64,000 nt of DNA, from positions 1 through 64,000 of the forward strand of contig NZ_MWQY01000021.1 of assembly GCF_002087085.1 (NCBI RefSeq), read 5' to 3'. Positions within the stretch are counted from its first letter, which is position 1; every line of letters starts with the position of its first letter. The translations under genes and the position numbers were made by a program. Under the pieces are notes generated by a model. It saw only the letters and a list, made by a program, of their open reading frames with translations, did not search any database and was not told the origin of the DNA. Shown in pieces: positions 38,875-49,487 of this stretch.

Positions 38875-39303
38875 ATGAAATCCGGAAAGCTTCTTTTTAT
38901 ACTGATAACACTCGCTGCAGTAATTCTTACCGCAGGCTGCGTAGAACCGGGAATGGAGATTGCATCCTCCTCTTTTCCGCCTGCTGAATTACCGCCTGTT
39001 GGATCTTCACTGACCCCCTATACCGTGGAGGGAGACTCCTTTACCCTGGCATGGAACCCCTCGGAATCAGAAGATCTTCTGGGATACAACGTCTATTACC
39101 GGCCCCACGAGACGGAAACCTGGCTCTTTCTTATCGACTCCGATGAGGCCCAGCTGGAAGTAACCTCCGCCATGCTCCCCGGCGGGGATTATGAGTTCGC
39201 AGTCTCCTCCTACACTGCCACCGAAGAGTCGGACCTCCACACATCCCTTGACGACACCGCCAACCCGGATACCGGCTGGTACCTGGTCTGGAATCAGGTC
39301 TGA
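38875..39303 (+). CDS. Lipoprotein with fibronectin type III-like domain (paralog of 20380..20847)
   Basis: GGGAGG RBS; lipobox TAG-C; DSFTLAW, YNVYYR, YEFAVS, GWYLV. Confidence 0.7.
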   Translation: MKSGKLLFILITLAAVILTAGCVEPGMEIASSSFPPAELPPVGSSLTPYTVEGDSFTLAWNPSESEDLLGYNVYYRPHETETWLFLIDSDEAQLEVTSAMLPGGDYEFAVSSYTATEESDLHTSLDDTANPDTGWYLVWNQV

Positions 39304-39322
39304 ACAGAAATCCAAAAAAGCC

Positions 39323-40102
39323 CTACCAGTCCATTCTGACCGATACGCCCTGGTCCCGCAGAAACTCCTTGATCTGACGGACAGAATAGTCGCCGTAGTG
39401 AACCATGGAGGCGATCAGGGCGGCATCGGCAGCCCCTTTTGTAAAGACCTCCGCCAGATGCTCCGGCTTCCCGGCACCGCCGGAGGCGACCACGGGAATA
39501 TTGACGGCCGTGGAGATCATTCTGGTCAGGTCGAGTTCGTAGCCGTCCCGGGTGCCGTCTGCATCGATGGAGTTCAGGACGATCTCTCCGGCTCCCAGCC
39601 GCTCGGCGGTCAGAGCCCATTCCAGGGCATCCAGATCGGTGGGAGTACGGCCGCCGTTGATTACGACCCGGTAGCCTGAAGGCATTTCCGCATCCTTCAG
39701 GGCATCCATACCCAGAACGATACACTGGCGGCCGAAAAGCCCCGCCCCTTCTTCGATGATTCCGGGAAACTTGACCGCCTGGGAGTTGACGCTTATCTTC
39801 TCTGCCCCTGCCAGCAGACAGGCCCGCATGTCCGAGGGCGAAGAGATTCCGCCTCCCACCGAAAAGGGGATAAAAATCTGCTGGGCCACCCGTTCAACCA
39901 CATCGATCATGATGCCCCGTCCCTCGGATGAGGCGGTAATATCGTAAAAGACAAGCTCGTCAACCCCGCCCTGGTAATACTCTTTTGCCATTTGTACAGG
40001 ATCGCCGATGTCGACGTTTCCCTTGAACTTGATACCCTTGGTGGTCTTGCCGTCCCGAACATCCAGGCAGACGATGATCCTTTTGCGGTACATACTATTC
40101 AA
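39323..40102 (-). CDS. hisF: Imidazole glycerol phosphate synthase, cyclase subunit
   Basis: [41 protein letters not shown]. Confidence 0.95.
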   Translation of the reverse strand: MNSMYRKRIIVCLDVRDGKTTKGIKFKGNVDIGDPVQMAKEYYQGGVDELVFYDITASSEGRGIMIDVVERVAQQIFIPFSVGGGISSPSDMRACLLAGAEKISVNSQAVKFPGIIEEGAGLFGRQCIVLGMDALKDAEMPSGYRVVINGGRTPTDLDALEWALTAERLGAGEIVLNSIDADGTRDGYELDLTRMISTAVNIPVVASGGAGKPEHLAEVFTKGAADAALIASMVHYGDYSVRQIKEFLRDQGVSVRMDW

Positions 40103-40709
40103 GCCCCCCTTTCAGGAAATTCTCCAGCAGCTGGAGACCGAAGCGTCCCGACTTTTCCGGATGGAACTGGGTTGCCACTATATTGTCCCTGGCGTAGATT
40201 GCAGAGAAGCGCTCACCGTATTCACAGGTACCGATCTCCAGGGTCCTGTCTGCCACCTCCGGGTAGTAGGAGTGGACAAAATAGAAGGAGGCGCCGTCGG
40301 GTACGTCCCTGAAGATAGGGTGCCTCCTGTTCTGCGTCACGGTATTCCAGCCCATGTGGGGTATCTTCAGCCCCTGGCCTCCCTTGAAGAGCCTGACTCT
40401 GCCGGGAATAATGCCAAGGCAGCTGGTGTCCGCCTCTTCGGAGTGGTCCAGAAGCACCTGGCAGCCTATACAGATACCGAACAGGGGCTTACCCGCCTCT
40501 ACGAACTCACGGATAGCCTGGTCAAGGCCGCGGTGCCGTAAAACCCGCATGGAGGATGATGCCTCTCCCACCCCGGGAAATACTATTCCGTCGCACTTTA
40601 GAATGGATTCGGGGTCTTCATGAACGCTGAAGTCCGCCCCTATATGGCGCAGGGCGGTTTCCACGCTCCTTAAGTTTCCTGCTTCATAATCTATTACACC
40701 GATTTTCAC
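40095..40709 (-). CDS. hisH: Imidazole glycerol phosphate synthase, glutaminase subunit
   Basis: [35 protein letters not shown]. Confidence 0.95.
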   Translation of the reverse strand: MKIGVIDYEAGNLRSVETALRHIGADFSVHEDPESILKCDGIVFPGVGEASSSMRVLRHRGLDQAIREFVEAGKPLFGICIGCQVLLDHSEEADTSCLGIIPGRVRLFKGGQGLKIPHMGWNTVTQNRRHPIFRDVPDGASFYFVHSYYPEVADRTLEIGTCEYGERFSAIYARDNIVATQFHPEKSGRFGLQLLENFLKGGLE

Positions 40710-40727
40710 AGCCAGCTCCTTGTTCTG

Positions 40728-41585
40728 TTATGAGCCGATTCTCCCCCAGGCCTGAAGATCAACATACTCGGTGAGCAGCTGTTCTATACTGCCTGGGTTC
40801 ATGCGGATGCCGCCGATCTGAACCTCCGACCCGTCTATCCGGGAACTCAAGGTCCGCCGGTCAAAATCCGGATCCAGACCTTTCATAAAGCCCCATAAAA
40901 GGAGCTTCGCGAGGGGGAGCGCGGTCCTTGCCTGGCGGGCGTCCTCAAAACGCCATAAAAAGGAGAGCTCCAGATCCGTCTCCCTCCAGGTACCGACTAT
41001 ACGGCATTCTCCCCCCAGGGGCAATCCTGGGGAGAAATTTTTCATTTCGGGGATAAGGATGACAAGATCATTCTCCCGGACAAGCCCCTTTTCGAAGCGA
41101 TCTTCCCAGGCCCTGAGGATCCGGTCTGTTCCCAGGCTGCTGAAAAGGAGCGTCCCGCCTTCGGGCAGGCTTACCTGTGCATCAGCCTCCCTTAAGGTCC
41201 AGGTATCGGGGTTTCGGCCCGTGAGCTCCCAGCTCCGGCTGAAGCCCAGAGCCAGGGAGGTCCTGAAGCGGGGAAAATTCCCCTCCAGCAGCAGTTCCGC
41301 AGCACCGTCGTCGAAAAGGGAGAGATTGAGTTCTTCAGTCCTCTTCATAATCCCCGCGATATCATCCCCGTAGACACGGAATATGGAGTTTTCGAGACCG
41401 GGGGGGAGGGATCCGGCATGCAGGGATGCCGTCAGCACGGCCTCCGGAGGCAGGGGAGCAACATAGGCTGCGGCCTCCCGGGGGATACTGCGGCAGCCCG
41501 CAAAAAAAAGCAGCGCCGCGATGAGCGCGGCGCCGACTTTACCTAGACCTTTTCCAGGGCGATAAGGCATGAGGTCTCTCCGCAC
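40728..41585 (-). CDS. Hypothetical lipoprotein
   Basis: Lipobox FAG-C; co-oriented between ileS and hisH; start uncertain. Confidence 0.55.
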   Translation of the reverse strand: MRRDLMPYRPGKGLGKVGAALIAALLFFAGCRSIPREAAAYVAPLPPEAVLTASLHAGSLPPGLENSIFRVYGDDIAGIMKRTEELNLSLFDDGAAELLLEGNFPRFRTSLALGFSRSWELTGRNPDTWTLREADAQVSLPEGGTLLFSSLGTDRILRAWEDRFEKGLVRENDLVILIPEMKNFSPGLPLGGECRIVGTWRETDLELSFLWRFEDARQARTALPLAKLLLWGFMKGLDPDFDRRTLSSRIDGSEVQIGGIRMNPGSIEQLLTEYVDLQAWGRIGS

Positions 41586-44500
41586 TCGATGCTGGCACCG
41601 TCGGAGATCTCTTCCCAGGTGAACTCCTCCGCAAGGGTCTCTTCGGTAAGGTAGTCCCTGAAGTCCTGTACCGAGGCCTGCACCTTCTCGTCGCCGAAAA
41701 GGCTGAGCCGGATCCGGTCGGTTACCTCCAGCCCGGTCTCCTTGCGCAGATTCTGAACCCCCCGCACGATATCCCGTACAACCCCTTCCCGTTCAAGCTC
41801 TTCGGTAATCTCCGGGTCCAGGGCCACGGTCAGAGAGCCCTCGTTGAGAACCTTGAGACCCGACTTCTCGGTCCGCTGAATGATAATGCTCTCTTCGGTT
41901 ATTTCGATGGGACTGCCGTCCACATCTATTGAGAGGGTTGCCCCCTCCAGAATGGACTGGATTTCCCTCATGGAAAGTTCCTGAATCTTTGCGGCGGCGC
42001 TCTTCATCATCTTGCCCAGGCTCTTGCCCAGGATCTTGAAATTGGCCTTGGCGCTGTACTCCACCAGGTCTTCCTCGTTCTCCCGGTAGATAACCTCTTT
42101 GACGTTGAGCTCTTCCCGGATGATGTCTTCCATCTCGATAAGCACCTTCCGCTCCGTCTCTTCCCGGGTTACCAGGTGAATCGCCTTCAGGGGCTGACGG
42201 GTTTTCAGGGAGTGCATGGCCCTCAGGGCCCGGCCCATGGAGACCGCCTGCCGGGTCACCTTCATCTTGAGTTCCAGCTCATAGTCCCGTTTGGACTCGT
42301 CCGCCTCGGGATAGTCGGCCAGATGAACTGAATCGGGCATATCCTTTATCTTGAGGTTCTGGTAAATCTCCTCGGTAATAAATGGAGTAAAGGGAGCGGC
42401 TACGTGGACCAGCTTCATCAACACCTCGAAGAGGGTCCCGTAGGCCTGGAGCTTGTCGCCGTCGTTTTCGCTCTTCCAGAAACGGCGGCGGGAACGGCGG
42501 ATGTACCAGTTGTTCAAGAGGTCGACAAAATCCACGATGGGTCCGATGGCCTTCTGCAGGTCATAGGCATCAAGATACCCGGTAACCTGCCCCACGAGGT
42601 TCTCGGTTTCACTGAGAATCCAGCGATCCAGGGGATTGTCGGGATGCTCCGGCGCCCCTTCAGGGCTGATACCGTCGATATTGGCGTAGGTTACAAAGAA
42701 GCTGTAGGCGTTCCAGATGGGAAGAATTACCCCTTTCAGAACGTCCCGCACCCCGTCGTCGGAGTAGCGCAGGTCCTCCGCCCGGACAACCGCGGAATGC
42801 ATAAGAAAGAGCCGCAGGGCATCGGCACCGAACTGGTCCATGACCTCCATGGGGTCCGAATAATTCCTGAGGGACTTGGACATCTTTTTGCCGTCCGAGG
42901 CAAGAACCAGTCCGTTGACAACCACATTCCGGAAAGCGGGCTTGTCAAAGAGGGCTGCCGCCAGGATGGTCAGGGTATAGAACCAGCCCCGGGTCTGGTC
43001 GAGACCTTCGGAGACGAAGTTGGCGGGAAAATGGGATTCGAAAAACTCCTGGTCCTCGAAGGGGTAATGGTTCTGGGCATAGGGCATGGCGCCGGATTCG
43101 AACCAGCAGTCCAGGACCTCCGGAACCCGGCTCATTGTTCCTCCGCAGGAGCAGGGAAAGCTTATTTCGTCAACATAATGCTTGTGCAGGTCCGTGACCT
43201 TGACGCCGGATTTTTCTTCGAGCTCCGCCCGGCTCTCGATGCAGTGGACCTCGTCGCAGGTATCGCATTTCCAGACGGGAATGGGGTTTCCCCAGTAGCG
43301 GTTCCGGGAGATCGCCCAGTCCCGGGCGCCCTCCAGCCACTTGCCGAAACGTCCGTCCTTCAGGTGATCGGGTACCCAGTTGATCTGCTGGTTCGCATCG
43401 AGCATGCTCTGTTTGATCTTGCCAATATCAACGAACCAGGAGGAGATCGCCCGGTAGATAAGGGGACTGGAACAGCGCCAGCAGTGGGGATAGGAGTGCA
43501 GGTAATTGTCCCGCTTTATCAGCTTGCCCTCATCCCGGAGGCGCTGGATGATCGCCTTGTCGGCGTCCTTTACAAAGGTTCCCTGAAAATCGCTGACCTC
43601 TGGTGTGAACTTGCACTCCCCGTCCACGGGACAGACCGTGGGAACGTCGGTATCCTTCAGGACATTGTAGTCATCCTCGCCAAAGCCGGGGGCGGTGTGG
43701 ACAATGCCGGTACCGTCCTCTGTGGTAACGTAATCAGCGGTATAGGTTTTGAAGGCGTCCCGGCTCTCTATATCGGCAAAATAGGGAAAGAGGGGTTCGT
43801 ACTCGATTCCCGTCAGGTCCCTGCCCTTCTTTGTCCAGAGAACCCTGTACTCTTCTTCATTCTTGTAGTAGGCGGAGAGCCGTTCGGCCGCCATAATATA
43901 GAAGTCATCACCATCGGCGACCTTTACATAGTCGATATCCGGCCCCAGGGTAAGGGCCAGGTTGGACGGCAGGGTCCAGGGGGTCGTGGTCCAGGCAAGG
44001 AGATAGGAGTTCTCTTCTCCCTTGATTTTGAATCGCACCGTTATGGCCGGATCGGTTACGTCCTGGTAGCCGCCAAGGTTCAACTCGTGGTTCGACAGTA
44101 CCGTTGAGCAGCGGGGACAGTAGGGCAGAATGTAATGTCCCTCGTAGAGAAGGCCCTTGTTCCACAGCTGCTTTACGACCCACCAGATGGACTCCATGTA
44201 GTCCGGTTCCATGGTCTTATAATCGTTTTCAAAATCGACCCAGCGGCCGGCACGGGTCATGACGGTTTCCCATTCCTTTGTGTAGCGCAGAACAATGGAG
44301 CGGCAGGATTCGTTGAATTTGGCGATACCGAAATCCTCGATCTCCTTTTTACCGGAGATACCGAGCTCCTTCTCCATTTCGTACTCCACCGGAAGACCGT
44401 GGCAGTCCCAGCCGAAACGGCGTTCAACCCTTTTTCCCTTCATGGTCTGGTAGCGCGGGATTATGTCCTTTATGGTGCCCGGTACGAAATGGCCGAAGTG

Positions 44501-44662
44501 GGGCAGACCGGTGGCAAAGGGAGGCCCGTCGTAAAATGAGTAGTGCTCGCAGTCGCAGCGGTTTTCGATGGATTTCTTGAAGATGTTATTTCCCTTCCAG
44601 AACTCGAGGATGGCTTCTTCCATTCTGGGAAAACTCACTTTCGGGTCCACGGGATTGTACAC
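41543..44662 (-). CDS. ileS: Isoleucine--tRNA ligase (type 2)
   Basis: DGPPFATGLPHFGH, WDCHGLP, WTTTPWTL, GTGIVH, DQTRGWFY, KMSKS. Confidence 0.97.
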   Translation of the reverse strand: MYNPVDPKVSFPRMEEAILEFWKGNNIFKKSIENRCDCEHYSFYDGPPFATGLPHFGHFVPGTIKDIIPRYQTMKGKRVERRFGWDCHGLPVEYEMEKELGISGKKEIEDFGIAKFNESCRSIVLRYTKEWETVMTRAGRWVDFENDYKTMEPDYMESIWWVVKQLWNKGLLYEGHYILPYCPRCSTVLSNHELNLGGYQDVTDPAITVRFKIKGEENSYLLAWTTTPWTLPSNLALTLGPDIDYVKVADGDDFYIMAAERLSAYYKNEEEYRVLWTKKGRDLTGIEYEPLFPYFADIESRDAFKTYTADYVTTEDGTGIVHTAPGFGEDDYNVLKDTDVPTVCPVDGECKFTPEVSDFQGTFVKDADKAIIQRLRDEGKLIKRDNYLHSYPHCWRCSSPLIYRAISSWFVDIGKIKQSMLDANQQINWVPDHLKDGRFGKWLEGARDWAISRNRYWGNPIPVWKCDTCDEVHCIESRAELEEKSGVKVTDLHKHYVDEISFPCSCGGTMSRVPEVLDCWFESGAMPYAQNHYPFEDQEFFESHFPANFVSEGLDQTRGWFYTLTILAAALFDKPAFRNVVVNGLVLASDGKKMSKSLRNYSDPMEVMDQFGADALRLFLMHSAVVRAEDLRYSDDGVRDVLKGVILPIWNAYSFFVTYANIDGISPEGAPEHPDNPLDRWILSETENLVGQVTGYLDAYDLQKAIGPIVDFVDLLNNWYIRRSRRRFWKSENDGDKLQAYGTLFEVLMKLVHVAAPFTPFITEEIYQNLKIKDMPDSVHLADYPEADESKRDYELELKMKVTRQAVSMGRALRAMHSLKTRQPLKAIHLVTREETERKVLIEMEDIIREELNVKEVIYRENEEDLVEYSAKANFKILGKSLGKMMKSAAAKIQELSMREIQSILEGATLSIDVDGSPIEITEESIIIQRTEKSGLKVLNEGSLTVALDPEITEELEREGVVRDIVRGVQNLRKETGLEVTDRIRLSLFGDEKVQASVQDFRDYLTEETLAEEFTWEEISDGASIECGETSCLIALEKV

Positions 44663-44912
44663 AGCTTGCGCTCCTTGGTAGGAATATTCTTGTTCCAGGG
44701 TCGCAACATTCTAGAGAAAATGGAGTACCGCTGTCAAGGGAGCCTGGATTCCGCAGCCCCGGATGAATCGCCAGGAATTAATGGCACCTCAAAAAACTAC
44801 TCTTTTTACCACGTTTTTATAGATGCCCGTATCAAAAGTTCCTTGTAAACATTATTTTATTGATATATATTTATCTATATATGTTTCATTCACACGACAC
44901 AGGGAGAACAGC

Positions 44913-47375
44913 ATGAAATACCTGATCATCGGCGGTGTTGCAGGAGGGGCGACCACAGCGGCACGCTTGAGAAGACTTGACGAAGATTCCCAAATAATTC
45001 TCTTCGAGCGGGGAGCATACATCTCCTACGCCAACTGCGGCCTGCCCTATTATATCGGCGGAACCATCGCCGAGAGGGACGATCTGTTTGTTCAGACCCC
45101 TGAATCCTTCTACGACCGCTTCCATATCGAAGTGCGGATCAACAGCGAGGTTCTCTCCATTGACCGGAAAGAAAAAAGCATCGAAGTCCGGGACCTCACA
45201 GGCGGCAGAACCTACAGTGAATCCTACGACAAGCTGGTACTCTCTCCCGGGGCGGAACCGGTAAAACCGCCGATCCCCGGTATTGAATCGGAGGGTATAT
45301 TTACCCTGCGGAGCGTTCCGGATACGGATAGAATCCATGAATATATAGCGGAGAAGAAACCGGAACGGGCGGTAATCGTGGGCGCCGGATTCATCGGTCT
45401 TGAAATGGCCGAGAACCTGCACAGGCGCGGAATCTTTGTCACCATTGTAGAGATGGCCAACCAGGTAATGAATATCCTGGACTACGAGATGGCCGCGGAG
45501 GTCCATCAGCACCTGAAGCTGAAGAATGTGGAGTTCTACCTGGAGGATGCGGTCAGCGCTTTCAAGCCGGACCGGAACAAAAAACTGAGCGTACATCTGC
45601 GCTCCGGAAAGGTCCTGCCAGCGGATATGGTCATCCTTTCCATAGGGGTAAAACCGGACACAACCCTCGCACAGAAGGCGGGCCTCGAAATCGGGGAGTC
45701 CGGGGGCATAAAGGTGGACAGCCATCTTCTCACCTCCGACAGGGATATCTACGCCCTGGGAGACGCCATAGAGTTTCCCAACCCCATAAGCGGCCATCCC
45801 ATGAAAATCCCCCTGGCGGGTCCCGCAAACAAGCAGGGACGAATTGTGGCGGACAACATTGTCAGGGGAAACAGCAGAACCTACAAGGGGACCATCGGCA
45901 CGGGTATCGCCAAGGTCTTTGATATTACCGTTGCCTCCACGGGTCTCCCGGAAAAACTGCTCAAGGGGATCGGAATCCCCCACACCTCGGTTATCACCCA
46001 CTCCGGGTCCCACGCGGGCTATTATCCCGGAGCAATTCCCATGACCATCAAGATCCTTTTTAATCCGGAAGACGGCAGGCTTCTGGGGGGACAGGTCGTG
46101 GGCTACGAGGGGGTGGACAAGAGAATTGACCTGATAGCCTCGATCATCGGCATGGGGGGCAATGTCAGCGACCTTGCGGAGATCGAACACGCCTACGCCC
46201 CGCCCTTCTCCTCCGCCAAAGACCCGGTGAACATCTCCGGTATGGTGGCGGAAAACGTAATAAAGGGTACCAGCCTGCAGGCAAGCTGGACCGAGGTATT
46301 CAATCCGGAAAAAAAGAAGGACATCCTGCTGCTGGATGTGCGCACTGAGGAAGAACACGCCCTGGGAAGCGTCGAATCTGCGCTGAACATTCCCGTCGAC
46401 GATCTGCGCCGAAGGATCGGAGAACTCCCCCGGGACAGGAAAATCGTTCTTTTCTGCAGTGTGGGACTCCGGGCCTACGTGGCGGAGCGGATTCTCCGGC
46501 AGCACGGATTCTCCAATGTCGCCAACCTCTCGGGAGGTTATAAAACCTACTCCATCTCCACCCAGAAACAGAGCAACGAGGATATCTTCTCCGGAGAGTT
46601 CATAGGAAAGGACGACCATATCTACCAGGGGGTCCCGAGAAAAAGTGAAGGCATACAGGTCAAACGGATCGATGCCTCCGGAATGCAGTGTCCGGGACCG
46701 ATAATGCGCCTTAAAAAGGAGATAGAAAGCCTCGATTCCGGCGACAGGCTTGTTCAGACCGCGACGGATCCCGGTTTTGCCCGGGACGTGGAATCCTGGT
46801 GCCGGATGACAGGGAACAGCCTGCTCTCCGTCAGCCACGAGGGAGGAGTCATAACAGCGGAAATAGAGAAAGGCCGCCCCCTTGCGCCGAACCCGATGCG
46901 TCAGGGCAACGGAACCACCCTGGTGGTCTTCTCGGATGATCTGGACAGGGCCCTGGCCTCCTTCGTGATCGCCAACGGCGCCGCGGCTTCCGGACGGGAG
47001 GTTACCCTCTTTTTTACCTTCTGGGGCCTGAACGTCATCAAGGCGCAGCACAAACCGAAGGTAAAAAAAGACCTCATGGGAAGGATGTTTTCCCTGATGA
47101 TGCCCGCCTCCAGCCGGAAGCTGTCCTTGAGCAAGATAAACATGGGCGGCATGGGCAGCCGCATGATGCGGCGGCGAATGAAATCCAGGGGTGTCGATTC
47201 CCTCGAGACCATGATCGACCAGGCCCGGGAGGCGGGAGTACGCCTCGTGGCATGCCAGATGTCCATGGACATAATGGGGGTACAGAAGGAGGAGCTTATC
47301 GACGGGGTTGAGGTCGGAGGCGTCGCCACATTCCTCGAGAGCGCCCAGGAATCCAGCGCAAGCCTGTTCGTATAG
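44913..47375 (+). CDS. CoA-disulfide reductase fused to rhodanese, TusA/SirA and DsrE/F-like domains
   Basis: GGVAGG, SYANCGLPY, YAPPFS; LLDVR...FCSVGLR; DASGMQCPGP; FFTFWGL...ACQMSMD. Confidence 0.88.
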   Translation: MKYLIIGGVAGGATTAARLRRLDEDSQIILFERGAYISYANCGLPYYIGGTIAERDDLFVQTPESFYDRFHIEVRINSEVLSIDRKEKSIEVRDLTGGRTYSESYDKLVLSPGAEPVKPPIPGIESEGIFTLRSVPDTDRIHEYIAEKKPERAVIVGAGFIGLEMAENLHRRGIFVTIVEMANQVMNILDYEMAAEVHQHLKLKNVEFYLEDAVSAFKPDRNKKLSVHLRSGKVLPADMVILSIGVKPDTTLAQKAGLEIGESGGIKVDSHLLTSDRDIYALGDAIEFPNPISGHPMKIPLAGPANKQGRIVADNIVRGNSRTYKGTIGTGIAKVFDITVASTGLPEKLLKGIGIPHTSVITHSGSHAGYYPGAIPMTIKILFNPEDGRLLGGQVVGYEGVDKRIDLIASIIGMGGNVSDLAEIEHAYAPPFSSAKDPVNISGMVAENVIKGTSLQASWTEVFNPEKKKDILLLDVRTEEEHALGSVESALNIPVDDLRRRIGELPRDRKIVLFCSVGLRAYVAERILRQHGFSNVANLSGGYKTYSISTQKQSNEDIFSGEFIGKDDHIYQGVPRKSEGIQVKRIDASGMQCPGPIMRLKKEIESLDSGDRLVQTATDPGFARDVESWCRMTGNSLLSVSHEGGVITAEIEKGRPLAPNPMRQGNGTTLVVFSDDLDRALASFVIANGAAASGREVTLFFTFWGLNVIKAQHKPKVKKDLMGRMFSLMMPASSRKLSLSKINMGGMGSRMMRRRMKSRGVDSLETMIDQAREAGVRLVACQMSMDIMGVQKEELIDGVEVGGVATFLESAQESSASLFV

Positions 47376-47430
47376 GGGCTCGATGAGAAAAAACTTGAAA
47401 TTAAGGGCTTAACAATCTATCATCGAGGTA

Positions 47431-49347
47431 ATGCAAAATCGGCTTTCCACCCGTATGCTTTTCATGGTACTGCTACCTGTTTTTGTCTGTACACTTCTTC
47501 TGGTTTTTCTGCTTATCGCCTTCAACGCCGCCTATGATGTTGTGGTGGGCGTACAGGAGGAAAACCTCAGAGAACTTGTACGCCTGGGCAGCAGTTCCAT
47601 AGATCGCTTATGGATATCTCCCCGGGAGAAATCCGTTGAAGCCCTCGCCCGAAGTCCTCTTTTACAGAAACGGATACGGGGGGAGGTTCCTTTTTCCGAA
47701 CTGCATGCCGATTGGGAATCCATACACCCTGCCCTGGAAGGCTGTTTCTTCATTTACTATGGTCTGGAAGACGGAACCATAGAGCTGTATCCCGATCTCG
47801 ATCTGCCGGAGGATTACGATCACAGGGAACGGCTCTCGTATAAAAAGGGAATAAACCTCGAAACCACCTCTCCGGCATGGACCGCTCCCTACGCTGAAAT
47901 CATTACCGGGCAGATTATCGTCAGTACCGTGGTCCAGCTCCGGGATGCGCAGAACAGGCCCATCGGTGTCTTTGCAGCGGATATAACCCTCAAGGGACTC
48001 CAGGAGATCCTGAATCAGATTCAGCTTCCCCGGGGGAGCTCTATATTCCTGCTGGACACCGAAGGAACTCCCTTTGTGGGAACCGACGTTGAAGATGTGC
48101 GTACCGGAGGGCTTCCCGGGGAGAGCGACAAGACCTTTGTGGAATACAGCAGTCCCCTTTCCAACGGCTGGAGAATCGCGGTGGTTGTGCCGCGAAAGTC
48201 CATGGCAAGGAGCTTTGAACGCCTGCGAAGCCTGGTCCTGGGCTTCTCGTTTCTGCTGTTCATCCTCTCCGCCGGAATCCTCGCTTTTCATGTGATAAAG
48301 CTCGCCTCGAGGGCACACCGGCTGGCCTCCTACTTTGAAGAGGTCATGATGGAAAATCGACCACTGGGCAGGGTATTCAGAAGCAACGATGAGTTTTCCT
48401 TTCTGAACAAGCAGTTCAATAAGGTCATACTGGCTACCCGCAGAGCGGAAAACGAAAGACTGTCCCGGGAACAGGTATTCCGCTTTATCATAGAGCGTTC
48501 CCCCATTGGCTTTTTCCGAACCCGCAGCGAGGGATCCCTTCTGTACGCAAACCCCTATTTTATCCGGCTCCTGGGTTATTCCCCTGAAGAGATGGAGACG
48601 ATCGACTCTGTTGAACGTTTTTATGCCGACAGGGAGGACAGAAAGACCTTTCTGGCCGAGCTTTCAGAAAAACACGAGGTCCAGGGCCGACGGATCCGTT
48701 TTCAACGGAAGTCGGGGGATTTCTTCTGGATCTCCATGAACTCCCTGATTGTTCCCGGACAGGAAAACAGGGAGGTTTTCGAGATCGAGGGTTTCCTCAT
48801 CGATGCAACTGACGAGGTTGAAGAACAGGAACGGCTGCGGATTCTTGCCGAGACCGATCCTCTCACGACCCTGGCCAATCGCCGCGCCTTTTTCGAAAGG
48901 TTTTCAATTGCCCTGGGACAGGCGCGTCAGAACGGAGAATCCATCAGCCTGATCATCTTCGACGTGGACCGCTTCAAGCCGGTAAACGACACCTATGGAC
49001 ACGATCTGGGGGATGAAATCCTGCGGCTGATAGCAGCTGCGGGAGAAAAAATCATCCGCAAGGGAGACGTATTTGCCAGGCTTGGAGGAGATGAGTTCGC
49101 CCTGCTTCTGCCTGCCAGCAGCGGAGAGGAGGCAAAAGGTCTGGCATCCCGACTGCAGGCGGGTATTGCGCAGATCGACCCGCCGGATCCCCTGGATTCA
49201 TTTCCCAGCATCAGCATCGGCATCTGCTGTCATGGAGACGCTGAAGACTGCAGCATTGATGAATTATACAAAAAAGCTGATACCGCCCTCTATGAAGCAA
49301 AAGCCGCGGGACGCAACAGAATCGTCCTTTACACTCCCCCCACCTGA
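47431..49347 (+). CDS. Diguanylate cyclase (Cache-PAS-GGDEF)
   Basis: TM-Cache (WTAPY)-TM, PAS, DPLTTLANR, DVDRFKPVNDTYGH, intact GGDEF. Confidence 0.9.
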   Translation: MQNRLSTRMLFMVLLPVFVCTLLLVFLLIAFNAAYDVVVGVQEENLRELVRLGSSSIDRLWISPREKSVEALARSPLLQKRIRGEVPFSELHADWESIHPALEGCFFIYYGLEDGTIELYPDLDLPEDYDHRERLSYKKGINLETTSPAWTAPYAEIITGQIIVSTVVQLRDAQNRPIGVFAADITLKGLQEILNQIQLPRGSSIFLLDTEGTPFVGTDVEDVRTGGLPGESDKTFVEYSSPLSNGWRIAVVVPRKSMARSFERLRSLVLGFSFLLFILSAGILAFHVIKLASRAHRLASYFEEVMMENRPLGRVFRSNDEFSFLNKQFNKVILATRRAENERLSREQVFRFIIERSPIGFFRTRSEGSLLYANPYFIRLLGYSPEEMETIDSVERFYADREDRKTFLAELSEKHEVQGRRIRFQRKSGDFFWISMNSLIVPGQENREVFEIEGFLIDATDEVEEQERLRILAETDPLTTLANRRAFFERFSIALGQARQNGESISLIIFDVDRFKPVNDTYGHDLGDEILRLIAAAGEKIIRKGDVFARLGGDEFALLLPASSGEEAKGLASRLQAGIAQIDPPDPLDSFPSISIGICCHGDAEDCSIDELYKKADTALYEAKAAGRNRIVLYTPPT

Positions 49348-49487
49348 GCTATCGGATACCATGGGACATGGATTCTGCAGGGATGCGACTGCCGGAGGGA
49401 ATAAGCAGCTTGCGTCATTCTATTCTTGACTAATCCTATCATCTTTATATACTTTACAATATAAGTAACATATATGGAGGATTAATC

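Noticed and set aside
38500..38875. c-di-GMP or SAM riboswitch
   Set aside because: Hairpins are present, but the GEMM (GGCAAA…GACGCAAA) and SAM-I consensus elements are not.
42404..44107. 567-aa plus-strand ORF
   Set aside because: Antisense to ileS; no motifs.
44886..47051. 721-aa minus-strand ORF
   Set aside because: Antisense to the CoA-disulfide reductase fusion; typical GC-rich shadow ORF.
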